Source of the DNA: Azolla caroliniana
Taxonomy: Eukaryota; Plantae; Polypodiophyta
Direction: 5' to 3'
DNA: 64,000 nt
NCBI GenBank assembly: GCA_043228905.1
Contig: JBHGNT010000005.1
Coordinates: forward strand, 14,446,001-14,510,000
Part shown: positions 35,239 to 50,200 of the stretch, in pieces
Numbering within the stretch: position 1 is the stretch's first letter
Layout: each line of letters starts with the position of its first letter
Program-made: the position numbers and the translations under genes
The notes under the pieces: generated by a model
Told to the model about the DNA's origin: nothing
What the model saw: the letters and a program-made list of their open reading frames with translations, nothing else
Database searches by the model: none

Positions 35239-38200
35239 TTACCGACGTTGCCCTTTAAAGAGCATATATGAAATAAAACCAATGTACGAGATTGAAGCCA
35301 AGATGATCAATTCTAAAAGGGTTTGTGTTTCACCATTCCATTGCTGTCCCCTGTCAAAGACCTTATGTTTGTTTAGTCTTTTCCTGACAATATGCAATGA
35401 GCTATGTTCTCCATTTCTAGATGTTGGGAGTGACTTCAACACCGCCTCAAATTCAACAAAGATCGTGATAAAGATCAGGCACCAATTTGTGAGAGTGCTC
35501 TGCCACAAAAATCCGAGTAAAAAAATAGTGCTGAAAGTATTACTCTGAAGTGCATCGACCACAAAAACTGTGCATAAGGAATTATAAAGTATTATTCTAG
35601 AGTACATCTACTTCATAAAGTGTTATTCTAGAGCACATCCTACAGTATGTCTACCTCAAAAAGTGCAGGAGTTGTAGGGTTGAACATTCGGACGCAATCT
35701 TCATCTGAACTGTCAGGATCGCCATAGATCTGCCAACGACCAATGCAAATTAAATTGGCTTGTCCATATCAGAAAGAGCTATTCTAATCAATCAATAGCC
35801 TGCACATTTTCCCTATTTGTTTGAAATCCACTAGCCACTAATAACTTGCTCATAACTAATAGATGCACTCAAATACATAAGTAGATCAATCTTGGTTTAA
35901 TTTGAAGGGGATGGAGCTTGGAACAACTCTCTCAGCAGTATGCTTCAAAATAAGAGTTTTGACCACAGATTCCATAATAAATAAAAATTCAACAAAAGAA
36001 AAACAAGCGAAAGAGAACCTTCAAAAACAGTATTATAAAAATGAGCATGGACAAAAACAATCTACTCATCAAACGTTAATGACAGACAAAGATAAATCAT
36101 TCTTAAACTACCTCGAAAGTGAATGCTAAAGGTATCTTTAAAATCTCATACATATAATCTGTGGCTGTGCCATGAGCAAGATACCTGCAAAATTTGAAGT
36201 TCTAATTTAAAGCACCCCAATGAATCAGGTTGTTTGGAAGTGAACTTTTTAGTGTACTACGTACCCCACAGAGCCACCTCCTGGTCCAATCACACAATTA
36301 CCATTGCAGTGTAAATAATTCAACCTATGCAGAAGTTTCTTCATGGGTTCTGCAACCTTTGGATCTGGCAATGCACTCTTGTAATCGTAAGGCATGAACA
36401 TTGCCTACATGAATGTGGCATGGATGGTCTTTTAAGAAGCAAATACAAATTTCCTTACTACACAAATTGGAGAGTAGATGAGAAGCAATAGACCTGCATT
36501 CCTGAATGAACATTTATCCACAAATGTGGTTTGAATGCCTTTGCAATGTCCCTCATTATTCTAGCCTCTGGTTCACTAAACGGTGCAGTTCCTGGAAACT
36601 CTTCTGAAGGATCAAAATCCTGATACATTAAACAAAATATTCACGTTTAATGCATTTTCACATGTGTTATTGATGTAATAAATCAAATGATTTTTCACAA
36701 TTTCCCGGCATGATCAGGGCTTTTTATTTCCTAGAAACAATTTAAATACTTGATTACAAATGAAAACATTAGCACAACAAAAAAAGAACTTAAAACCGGT
36801 GTCCCATTTAACAGTTCACGAACACAATTTTAAGACTTCATTATGAATGAAAACTTTTGCACAACGCAAAAAAGAAGTTAAACTGGTATTGTGCTTTACA
36901 GTTCAATTATATAAACAAAATAAACTATCAATCACATATTGCTGAAGCTAGAAGAGCTTGGAAATTTTTGATTGTATAAATGTTGGCTCACTTGTTCTTG
37001 CTTGCCCCAATCCACGCTCCAATTTCTGTTGATATCAACACCCCGGCCTGAAAATGTAGCCAGCAAATAAATGAGCTTGTTAAGCCTCTTATGATTACAA
37101 CATTGTAGAATTGAAGCCTTTATTTAACTAATCCAAATACATGAAGCTCAAGCTACCATTCTTGCGTTCACATAGCTGGCCATCTTCTACCATCTTACGT
37201 CCATTGTAATTTTCCATGGGAATCACCTACGTAAAAGGAAAAATAAATAAATTCTCGAAAGAATTGTTTTTGTCTAGCACGATGCTCTGAAAAATATTAA
37301 TAAAATATATATCTAGGAGACATTGTCAAATGCTAAAAAGCCCACAAATCAGTCTGCATGCTTGTTTGTGTCACATGCACTGATAGGTCACACATTTTTT
37401 ACACAATTTCTGCAGTAACTTTTTCTTAACTCTTTCTTTAATTTTCTTCGGTGATCTGCTAATTATGCAATGATAATGTCATGATTTCTATTATCAATTA
37501 TCTTGCAATCCATATTATATCTTTACTTGCTTATATATTACCAAACAATCACTTTCCTGAATATTATCCCTTTCTGGAATCGCAAACATTCTGCCTACTT
37601 TCTCCATTCTTAAAACACTCTAGAACCATATTCCTAAGCTTATTACTGAGTCATTTACTGAAAGAACTGATCTATTCTTCATCCTCTAAATTGAACTTTA
37701 CAATTTGCTTCGTCCTCTAAATTGGCAGCTCCAATCAAGAATTAATCTTAGCCATATCTGCATAAGAATGTCAACATGCCTATTAAGATGGATGCCCTAC
37801 CTCTAAGCCATTTGAGTGATTGGCTCTAAACTGCAACTAAAGTTGACACAGCATAGATGTTTGTAGCTGAATCATCAAGAAATACTCCAACTTTGTTATT
37901 AAGTTTAATGGACTAAAATTTCCATGAATAGCGAGTGAACAGGACTATGCCTGCAAATACAAAGCCCAAAACTCCATGGTAGAGTGCATGTTGTGCACAA
38001 GGATATAGGTGTGCGTTATATGTGGATACAAATCAAAAGAAGGGTTCTTAGGGAACTACATATTACACTTTGCTACTTTCCACCTGCCAAGTAAAGGTTT
38101 GCACCCCTTAGAGAATCCCCATATCTACCATTATATGATGATACCATAAGATTTGCTACTATGGGGCACATAGCACTATTAGGAGACTTCAATGCACAAA

Positions 38201-41200
38201 CTTAGGATGAACAAACTATATTTGACACCAATAAGGCTGTGCATGGAGGAAGTTCTGGTGCAAGTAGTTGGTCTTAAGCGACAAGCTCAAGATATAAGTG
38301 AAGTAACAAAATATGACAAACCAAATCAAAAGAAGGGTTCTTAGGGAACTACATATTGCACTTTCGTACTTTCCACCTGCCAAGTAAAGGTTTGCACCCC
38401 TTAGAGAATCCCCATATCTACCATTATATGTGATACCATAAGATTTGCTACTATGGGGCACATAGCACTATTAGGAGACTTCAATGCACAAACTTAGGAT
38501 GAACAAACTATATTTGACACCAATAAGGCTGTGCATGGAGGAAGTTCTGGTAGAAGTGGGAGCTTGCTATGCAAGAAGAGATTAAGGCTTTGCATTCAAA
38601 TAATACTTGGGACTTGGTTGAACTGCCCAAAGGAAGAAAAGTTATTCCTAACAAATGGGTATATAAAATCAAGACCGTTGATGACAAACCCAAGTATAAA
38701 GCAAGGCTGGTTGCAAAAGGATATGCTCAAACTAAGGGCATAGATTTTCAGGAAGTGTTTTCTCCTGTGGTTAAAATGACCACTTTGTGAGTGCTATTTG
38801 CTATAGTGGCTGCACTTGATTTGGAATTAGACCAAATGGATGTACATAAAGCTTTTTTTCATGGTGACATTGACGAAGAGCTTTACATGAAACAGCCTGA
38901 GGGCTTTGTTATTCCTGGAAACGAAAATTTGGTATGTAAGCTCAATAGAAGTTTGTATGGGCTGAAACAAGCTTCTAGACAATGGTACAAAAAGTTTGAC
39001 GCTTTTATGCTCAAACATGGTACAAAAGAAGCCATGCTGATCACTGTTTGTATACTAAAAGAGATGAAAGTGGCAGCCCAATCATTCTTGTACTATATGT
39101 TGATGATATGCTCATTGCTGCCAAGAAAAGGAGCACTGTTGATGTCCTTAAAAAGCAGCTGAAATCTGCATTTTCAATGAAAGACCTTGGGGAAGCTGAA
39201 CATGTACTTGGAGTAAGAATTAGGAGACAACGGGAGCAACACACATTGTATTTATCTCAAGAAAAATACATTGACAAGGTGCTGGACAGATTTTGTATGG
39301 CTGACGCAAAGCCTCTAGGAGTGCCATTATAGCCATCTGATAAAGTCTCTACGGAAGATTGTCCTAAAACACAAGAAGCAATCAGTGACATGCAAGGTGT
39401 ACCTTACGCTTCAGCTTGTGGTTCACTTATGTATGCTATGGTTGCTACTAGACCTGATATTGCCTATGTAGTGGGAGTTGTAAGCCGATTCATGGCTAAT
39501 CCGAGGCAACATTGGAATGCAGTAAAGTCCATTATGAGGTACTTAAAAGGGACTAAAAATAAATGCCTCTGCTATGGAAAAGGCCCATTAGAGCTGAAGG
39601 GTTTCTGTGACGCTGACATGGCAGGTGATGTGGATACACGGAAATCCACAAGTGGATATGTATTCACACTTGCAGGTGGTGCTATATCATGGTGTAGTAG
39701 GCTGCAAAAGGTTGTTGCTTTGTCCACTACTGAGGCAGATTATATCTCAGCCACCGAGGCTTCCAAGGAAGCAATATGGTTAGCATGTCTATGCAGTGAG
39801 TTTGGTTTGCCTGAAAAGGCACCCATTCTTGGTTGTGATAGCCAGAGTGCCATCTGTTTGGCAAAGAATGCTATGTTTCATGCACGCACAAAACATATTG
39901 ATGTGCGATATCACTTCATTCGAGAAGTGCTTGAGGATGGCCTTATCACATTGATAAAGGTCCACACATTACAGAACCCTACGGATGTACTGACCAAGTG
40001 CTTACCCAAAGCACAACATCAGATATGTATACAAATGGTGGGAGTCACGTAGCTTAAAAGCGTCATTTATGCCTTTAAGTGGGAGGTTGTTGGGGTAAAG
40101 GCCCTAAATGACCCCCTTATAGTGTGTACATGTATATAGGCCTATTTATAAAGGCCAAAAGTCACTCATCACCGGTTATTTTTGGGCCAAGTTAAGTGTG
40201 AACTTGGCAAACCCTAAATGGGCCATATAAAACATAAGTTAAAAACTTTTGGATCTCACTCTAAAAGGCGAGCTCCTCCAACTATTGCTCTCTCTCTCTC
40301 TCTATCTTTTCTACCATAGCTCCACTATTGCATCTAAAGGGCCTATACTACGGTGAATCCTGAGTATTCCTTAGCCCTATTGACATCAGTCCTAACCCTT
40401 ACAAATGTTACTCCTAGGTATGTGTAGGAGCGTTTGTATTCCACCTTTTCCTCTCCCAAGAAGAATTCTGGTTATGATCTTGTTACCCATGCTTGGGTGG
40501 TGTTAAACACCATCACTTTAGTTTTATTTATGTTGATTGACAAACCTTTGTCCGTACAAAATGGTTTTAAGGCATTTAGATGTCTCTGTAGTACCTCAGG
40601 AGAGTCAGAAATCAGCACAATATCATCAGCATATAGTAATATTTGTATAGCTATACCTACTAGGTGTGCTCCGGAACCCTGAAATCTCTCTATGTACTGT
40701 GATACCTCATCTATATAGAGACCGAAGAGAGTGGGGGATAGTGGGCATCCTTGCTTCACGCCAATTGTGCTAGCCACCGCCTCTGACAAGCCCTTAGAAG
40801 ACCAAACTTTTCCTGACACAGATTCATAGAGTGCATAGATTCCCCATTGCATATCTATAAGAACATCAAGGGCTTCTAGCCGCTGCATAAGCTGAGCACG
40901 TGGCACAGTGTCAAAGGCTTTTCGGAAATCCACAAAGCAGCAATAAATTCTCTTATTGTGGGCTCTGCCCTCCTCAAAAAGGGCCCGGAGGGTGAATATG
41001 TGATCCAATGTTGTGAAAAAAGTAGTATACCTCTCTCTCTGCGTTTACGGTTTAGTCTCTGTCTGTCTCTGCGTTCTCTGCAATGTCTGTCCTCTCCTCT
41101 GCGTTTTCTGCAATGTGAATGTTTGTCTGCGTTCTGTGCAATGTCTGTCCTGTGTTTTCTGCAATGCCTGACCCTGTGCATTTTTTGCCAAATCTGATTC

Positions 41201-44200
41201 CCTGTATCTTCTGCCAAATCTGTTCCTCTATGCTTTCTGACCAGTAGAAATCTCTAGAATCTATATTGTTCTTTCTGCCCTCAACATCTACTATACCTGC
41301 TGTCCTAAGACATCATGGAGTCTAAATGGACCGAAAAAGAAAAGATGGATCTTAACACGCAAGACGAGGGTCCAAATCTATGGAAGATCCCAAGAAGATA
41401 TCATAGACGAAAAGGACAAGATGGAAGCACCCCGAATACCGTTAGAAGGGTGCACAAGGCACCTAGAACGCAGGCCCCCTCCGACATTCCATTTGATGTC
41501 GAAAATGGGAAACATGATCTATTACGCCATTTGATTGCGCAAGAGATCAATCTTATTAGAGAATATATAGAAATAGCACTAAAAGAATAAATGAAAAAGG
41601 AGATAGAGAAACAAAAAACATAATTGTATGCCTCTCTAAAGGCTGAGTTATTAGAAGAAATGCGTAAAGACATAATAAGCCATGTGGACAAATCACACTT
41701 AGAGCTCAAGGATAACATGACACAATACCTTAAGGATGAAATATCCTCAAGTAAGGCTGAGTTAGGAGCCATAAAAGTAGATTTAGAAAAAAGGACAAGA
41801 AGCAATGGAAAGATCCATCTCTACAGTGGAAGCCAATGTCACGAAGGAAATGCAAACATGGGCAAACATGGCCAAAGATGCCAAAGCTCAAGCTGAGCAC
41901 GCCCAAAACAAAATTAGAGCAAATGCTCCTTGGGTAGAGGTAGTAAAAAAGCAAAAAGGAACATCCATGGATAGGGTGGCAATAACGAATGCTACTTTAG
42001 AAGAAGAAACCAAGAGGAAAGCTCGTGTGTTGCATGTACGAGTCCACAAGAAGATGCCAAGAATCTCGGAACAAAGATTGGAGCATCAGATATTCCATTT
42101 GCTTCGGCATGGAGGGTGGGAAGAGAAGAGTCTAGAGCTAAAGCCCTTATCATCCGCTTCATGGATATTGACAAGAAAAAAGCTTTCCTCTCTAAAAGAA
42201 AGGCACTCAAGGGTGAAAAAATATACTTGACGATGATCTCACTCTAGCCCAAGTGGCACACCGCAAAGAAAACATGCCACGAGTGCTTGATGCAAGAAAG
42301 GAAGGTAAATGGGTCGTACATAGAGATGGCAAGGTCATTATTACAGAGAAGAGAACCGCATGAAGATATATGGCCTATGAGACCCTACGCATTGTAGAAA
42401 AATCAGGGATCTAGACTAACTCTCATACAGCAAGATCACTTAGAAGACTTAAGAGAATATCAATAGATTAGGGAAAAACGAGCACTCTTATTACAAAGAT
42501 GTAGAATCTGGTTTGGACTTATAGACCCAACAATTACTATATTAGGTTCACACTATTATAGCTATATTCACACCTAACAACTACCTAACTAGGTTCAAAC
42601 TATTCTAAGTGTGTTCACACCCAACAGTTACTTAACTGGGTTCACACTATTATAACAATGTTCACACCAAAGCTTTCATAGGATACACGTTAAGTGTAAC
42701 AAACCCCCCTGAAGTGAATGGTGTGGACTTGAATGTGGTCTTTATCTAGGTGTTGGAAGAATGCTCAATTCCTTGCGAAAATATTCAAACTTTTCTCTTG
42801 ATAGAGCCTTGGTGAAAATGTCTGCAACATTTTCATGAGTTGGTACATAGACCAAGTTTATCTCTTTAGCATGGAACTGCTCCCTCACATAGTGATAGTG
42901 CACCTCAATGTGTTTTGTTCGTGCATGGAAGACGGGATTTCTTGCAATAGCCAAAGCACTTTGACTATCTGTAAATATACAAGTAGGAGATGGTTGCTCA
43001 AGTGACAAATCGGACAATAATCTCCTGAGCCAAACACATTCTACTGTGGCGCTGAATGTTGCTCTATATTCAGCTTCACAGCTTGATGTTGCCACTATTG
43101 GTTGCTTCTTGCTGAGCCTGGAAACACAGGAATCGCCGATCATGAGACAATTGTCACTATGTGAGACACGAGTGTCGTAGCAGCCAGCCCAATCACTATC
43201 AGTGAAGGCTGTTAAAGTAGATGAATTTCCTTCTCCATAGAAGAGGCTGAAATCCATAGTGCCTTTGAGGTAACGGAAAACTCGCTTGGCTGCTTGCCAA
43301 TGCTTTGTTCCAGGGCTGTGCATAAACCTGCTTAATTGCGAAACAGCATATTGAATATCAGGTCGCATGTTGCACAGAAATATCAAACAACCTACAACTT
43401 GCTGGTATAAGAGTACATCAGTTGGTTCTCCTTTGTCTTGGTATGAGAATTTGAATCCTGCTTCTACAAGAGTGGAGATTGGCTTGCAGTCTTCAAACCT
43501 GAATCGTTGTAGGAGCTTCTCGATGTACTTTCGTTGACTGAGAAAAATTCCCCCCTCAACAGTGATAAATTGAATGCTGAGGTAGTAATGGAGATGACCA
43601 AGATCTGTAAGTTCAAATGTCTTACTAAGATCAGCTTTGAAATCTGCAATTTCTTGCTCATCAGGTCCTGTGATTAGCAAATCATCAACATAAAGCACAA
43701 CAATTAGTAATTTTTCTCCATCCTTTCGAACATAGAGAGTGCTTTCAGTTGGGCTGTTGACAAAACTGAGTTGCAGAAGATGAGCATGAATCTTTGCATT
43801 CCACGCTCGAGGTGCTTGCTTCAAGCCGTACAAAGCTTTAAATAACCTGCAAACTTTAGTTTCTGCACCTTTAATGATAAAACCTGGAGGTTGAGCTACA
43901 TAAACCTCTTCTTCTAAATCTCCATTTAAGAAGGCGGTTTTAATGTCTAATTGGTGAACCTTCCATCCCTTAATTGCTGCTGCAGCAACTGTAGCTCTGA
44001 TTGTAGTCATCTTTGAAGTGGGGGCGAACGTTTCTTCATAGTCTATCCCCTCTTTTTGGGAACAGCCTTTTGCCACAAGTCTTGCTTTAAAACGATCAAT
44101 GCCTCCATCTGCATTATGCTTGACTTTGTAAATCCACTTGGTGGCAATTGCTTTTCTACCTTTAGGTAGATCACATAACTCCCAAGTGTTGTTCTTGTAG

Positions 44201-47200
44201 ATGGACCCAAGTTCTGATTTCATTGCTTCAACCCAATGGTCATGTGCTAATGCATCCTTAAGAGAGAGTGGTTCCTCATCACAAATTTCAGCGATAAGAG
44301 CATGATGCACATAATACAATTCAGCTTGCGGACTAGTTGACCGGGTTTTACCTTGAAGAGGAAACTTGAGTTTACTGTCCATAAGGGTGTTAATCAACCA
44401 TTTAGGAACTGTTCTTGCTTGCTGTGAGGAGTTTTGTTCTTCCTCCAATTCCATGTCAAGATCATGTGGGCTAATGACCTGTAAGTCAGCATTATCATCA
44501 ACAATGTTTGGTTGCTCATTTTCAACCACATTGGGCTGTTGTAAGAGATCAATTTGAGTATTGCTTGGTAGCTCTACATCTCTGTTTCGAGGGTGTTGTT
44601 GCTGATGCAAAACCTGCATATTACCTTCATGAGTTTGGGTTAGTCGATCACCATCAAACACGACATTTTGGAGCAATGGTAACAAAGTATCAAATGCATT
44701 TGGTTGATCAACAATTGGCTCTTTGGAGCAATCCACAAATGGTTGAGTTGCATTTTCAGCAAATATCACATCCCAGCTGATGATGATCTTACCTGTAGTG
44801 GGCTGAAACAATCGATAACCTTTGCTTTCTTTGCTGTAGCCAACAAAGATGCATTTTGTTGCTTTGTCTTGAAGCTTATGGCGTTGCTGTGGTGGCACAA
44901 ATGCATAAGCCAAACTTCCAAAGATTCTCATGTGTCCAACATTTGGCTTGTGACCAGTCCAAGCCTCATACGGAGTGATAGTTGTTATTGCTTTTGTGGG
45001 GCATCTATTCAAAACATAGTTTGCACACATTACAGCTTCCAACCAAAACTTATGAGGTAGCTTCTTACCGTTGAGCATGCATCTTGCCATCTCCATGAGA
45101 GATCTATTCTTTCTCTCAGCCAAACCATTTTGTTGCGGTGTGTATGGAGTGGTGCATTGATGAATAATACCTCTATCCTTCAAGAAAACATTGAACTCGT
45201 GAGACATGTACTCACCCCCTCTATCGGTGCGAAGAGTAATGAGTTTGTGACCGCTAAGATTTTCAGCAAGGTGTAAGAATTCTTTGAAGCATGAAAAGAC
45301 ATTAGATTTCTCCTTCAAAGGATATACCCAAGTGTGTCGGGTAGCATCATCAATGAATGTAAGAAAATAAAGATAACCTCCAATTGATGGTGTCCTCATT
45401 GGGCCACATACATCACTATGTACAAGTTAAAGCTTGTGTGTTGCCAAAACATTTGCATCTTTTGGAAATGAAAACCTGTGCATCTTTCCTAGAATACAAC
45501 CCTCACAAACATGATTAGATGGTACATGAATGGAAGGAAGATTGCATACCATGTCATGCTTGCTAAGCCGTGCAAGGCTGCTGAAATTTAAATGGCCGAA
45601 CCGAGCATGCCATAGTTCAAAATTGCTTTGTGTTTGGGCATCCACCGCTAATGCATTTTGGTCATCAAATTTCTGATATATGTCAAGCTTGTAAAAGTTG
45701 TTGAACAAACTACCTGTTATGACAATGATATTGCCCTTTGTACGATCATGTACTGTGCATTTGTCATAGAGAAAATGGACAGGGTATCCATGCATTGCAA
45801 TGGCAGAAACAGAAAGAAGGTTTTTCTTTATGCCAGGGACATAGAGAACATTGTTCAAGGTGACTACATCCCCATTGACAGCTGTAATATGAACTTGACC
45901 AATGCCTTTTATGGTGTAAGAAGCATTATTGGCACAAGTAACGGTGCCCGCCTTATGACAAGCATCTTCAAGCGTGACAAAGAAATTTTTGCAAGAAGTT
46001 ATGTGTTTAGAAGCACCGCTATCAAAATACCAACCATTTGTAGAGTCACTTACCGATAAACATACATCATCCTTTGAGGGATCATACATTGTATGTATCG
46101 AGAATGCCCACTCATGTTGAGCAATGTGTGCTTCTACCTTCGTACCAGTAGAGGTGGTGACATTAAGACCAGACTGCTTTTTCTTCTCTTCACTAGCTTT
46201 CCTTTTTCGACATTCGCTAATGTCATGGCCTGGTTTACGACAATAATTGCACCTTATCTTCTTCTTCTCATCATGGAAAGTCGAGGCATCATTGCCTTTA
46301 GAAGAAAGGTTACTTTGTTTTTGTCCTTGTTGGCCTTTGAACTTGGAAGAGGTAACAAAGGCTTGATCACCACTATTAAGAACATCTCGATTTGCTCGAG
46401 ACTGAAATTCCTGTAAGAGAAGGGAGATTAGCTCATCAAAACTGAAGCTCTCTTTACCTCTTGTAAGAAGCCTTATTGTTGTGGCGAAGCCTTGATATGA
46501 ATCCGGAAGCGCGGCAAGAACTTTAGAAACGAGTTGCTTGTCTGAAATCACTTCATCAATGTTGAGTAGTTGTTCTTTGAAGTCCTTGATTTTTGTTAAG
46601 AATGCATCCATGGATTCACCTTCTTGCATCCTTGTTTCTTCAAGTTGTCGCTTAAGCATAGCGACTCTTGCTTCATTCCTTTGAGCATACAGATTCTTTA
46701 ACACATCCCATGCACTTTTTGAGGTCGTGCAAGATCGGATATGTGGAACAATGTGACATTTGACCGATAGTGCGATGAGAGCATGGGCTTGAGCATCCTT
46801 ACCATCCCACTTAAGTTGTGAAGAGGTGGGTAGTTGAGTGGAGCTTGAAGCATTGTCTGCGTCAGTTGTTCCTGAACGGGAGGGAGAGTTTGGAGAAGAA
46901 CTCGAAGCTGGACGCTCATCGGATCCGATGACAATGTCCCATAGCTGCTTTGCTACTAGTACATGTCTCATCATGTACGCCCACATAGGATAGTTAGTTC
47001 CATCCAACTTGTCTTCAGCATTAAGCATACTAAAAATATTAGTTTGCTCAGCCATTGAAGAAGCAAGAAATATGGATTAGATATTGCAATACTTGGTGGT
47101 TATATTCACCAAAATGTACTGAAGCAATATAATATTGAGGCAACAGATGAGAGATAAGAGTTACTCTGATGTGCTGAAAACTGATTTTGTTGTGGTAAAA

Positions 47201-50200
47201 ACTGGTTGCTGCAATTGCTGTGCAGTTAGGGTTTGAGACTGCTACAAATTTTGTTTTGACTATACATCCAAAAACAAAAAAGCGATTTGGGTGTGCAAGT
47301 AGTCAGAAGAATCAGCTCGTAATCTAATTTCTGAAAATGGGAAAATAGAGAAAGATCGCCTTTGCGACAGCTTTCTGTTCACACTTTTGTTGCTGTAGAT
47401 GGAGAGGTTTGATGTCTTCTTAGGTGGGAAGAGATAAACAGAAAGATCTATGTATGCCTATTTGGAAGGATAGGATAGAGAAAGTAACCTAAACCTGCTC
47501 TGATACCATGTAGAAAAATCAGGGATCTAGACTAACTCTCATACAGCAAGATCACTTAGAAGACTTAAGAGAATATCAGTAGATTAGGGAAAAACGAGCA
47601 CTCTTATTACAAAGATGTAGAATCTGGTTTATATAACCAGTTTCTACAGGACTTATAGACCCAACAGTTACTATATTAGGTTCACACTATTATAGCTATA
47701 TTCACACCTAACAACTACCTAACTAGGTTCAAACTATTCTAAGTGTGTTCACACCCAACAGTTACTTAACTGGGTCCACACTATTATAACAATGTTCACA
47801 CCAAAGCTTTCATAGGATACACGTTAAGTGTAACACGCATGACCATATGGAATTGCAATGGCTCTCTACGGACAGATGTCGGATATTTTGAAGATACATT
47901 GAAAAACACAGATATTACTATGTCTACAGAGACTCACCAATGCATGGCTAGCAAACTCCCCGAGGTACAAGGATATAGATGGGAGTCAATATGTCGCCCC
48001 CAACCTCGGACACGAGGAATCACTAGAGGTTCGAGAGGACTGGTTGTGCTATACAAAGAGGAGCTCCATGGTAGAGTGCATGTTGTCAATAAGGATGTAG
48101 ATGCACGCTACATGTGGATACGAATAAAAAGAGGGGATCTTAGGGAGTTATATATTGCAATTTGCTACTTTCCACCTGGCTACTCAAGGTTTGCACCTCT
48201 AGATGAGTCACCATATCTACCACTATATGATGATATCATAAGATTTGCTACTACGGGGGACATAATACTATTAGGAGATTTTAATGCACGAACCAAGGAT
48301 GAACAAACAACTATGTTTAACACCAACGACGCTGTTTATGGAGAAGTTATGGCAGAAGAGGTTGGTCTAAAGCGACAAGCTCAAGATATGAGTGCTATAA
48401 CTGAAAATGGAAAACACTTTCTAGCCTTGGGAAGCGCGCATGGATTTGTGATATATAATGACTTGTCACATTGGCCTAGATCAAATGCTTTGACATTTTG
48501 GAACCCAAAAGGGGGTGCCAGCACAGTCGATTATCTAATGGGATCTCCATCTCTTATACTTGAAATAAAAGAGTTCACTATATCGGGAAGACCTATTGGC
48601 TTGGCAACTGATCATGCATATCTACGATTTGAGGTAAAGGATGGATGCACAAAGGATGTATATGCTAAGGAGAGTGGGTTGGCTAGGTATCTATTCACTC
48701 GCGAGACAATTGCTGTGTATAGTTGTGGTGTATACAATGGCATGCTAGATTTGGATCCCTTCGCACCCCTTGAAGAACTTACCCAAGGTTTATCCAAATC
48801 ATTGCATAAAGCAACCACAAATGCCTTCCCTCACACAACGGCCAATCGCCCCAAACTCGGTACAGTAATACAAAATAGTTGGTATGATGAGGAATGTCGT
48901 GATACAAGGAGATGCTTACAGCGTGATGTATCTCGGGGCATTTATACACACAACCAAGCGAGAGCAACCTTCCAACGCCTCATGAGGAAGAAGAAGAGAT
49001 TGTATTTGGCTAAATTTGAAGATCATTTGTATCGCTTGTTTCTAGGACAAGAGAGTAAACGAGCATGGAAAATGTTTAATGAAAGGCAACCCACCACACA
49101 ACTGACCTCACCTCAAGTGTGGCAAGAATATGCAAAGGTTCTATATGATATCCCGGGGCAACCTCCTCTTCCCCAGCCGAATGCCTCATGCCCACATGAA
49201 TCAACCCTCTTTACACCACATGTAAGAAATGCCATTGATCGGCTACAATTTGGGAAGGCCCAAGATCCTGATGGATTGGTGGGTGAGCACTTTATCTATG
49301 CCCGTGACACCTTCCTCCCATTGCTAGCACACATCTTTAATAGACCCATGTGTGAAGGTTTTCCTACTAGATGGACTCAACATACCATTGTGCCAATCCT
49401 CAAGAGTGGAGACCCCATGATGCCAAGCAACTATAGGACAATCATGATTGGCCATTACTTGGCTAAACTATATGGGTCGATTCTAGAATCAGAATTGAGT
49501 ATATGGGCAGAGCAAAATGGCTGCCGTTCAATTGGATAAGCAGGCTTTCAGAAGGGGTTCACAACTTTGGATCACATATTCACCCTCCGGGCCCTTTTTG
49601 AGGAGGGCAGAGCCCACAATAAGAGAATTTATTGCTGCTTTGTGGATTTCCGAAAAGCCTTTGACACTGTGCCACGTGCTCAGCTTATGCAGCGGCTAGA
49701 AGCCCTTGATGTTCTTATAGATATGCAATGGGGAATCTATGCACTTCATGAATCTGTGTCAAGAAAAGTGTGGTCTTCTAAGGGCTTGTCAGAGGCGGTG
49801 GCTAGCACAATTGGCGTGAAGCAAGGATGCCCACTATCCCCCACTCTCTTCGGTCTCTATATAGATGAGGTATCACAGTACATAGAGAGATTTCAAGGTT
49901 ACGGAGCACACCTAGTAGGTATAGCTATACAAATATTACTATATGCTGATGATATTGTGCTGATTTCTGACTCTCCGGAGGGACTACAAAGACATCTAAA
50001 TGCCTTTAAACTATTTTGTACGGGCAAAGGTTTGTCAATCAACATGAATAAAACTAAAGTGATGGTGTTTAACACCACCCAAGCATGGGTAACAAGATCA
50101 GAACCAGAACTCTTCTTGGGAGGAAAAGGTGGAATACACACGCTCCTACACATACCTAGGAGTAACATTTATAGGACCTAGGTTCTCCTTACAGGAGGCT

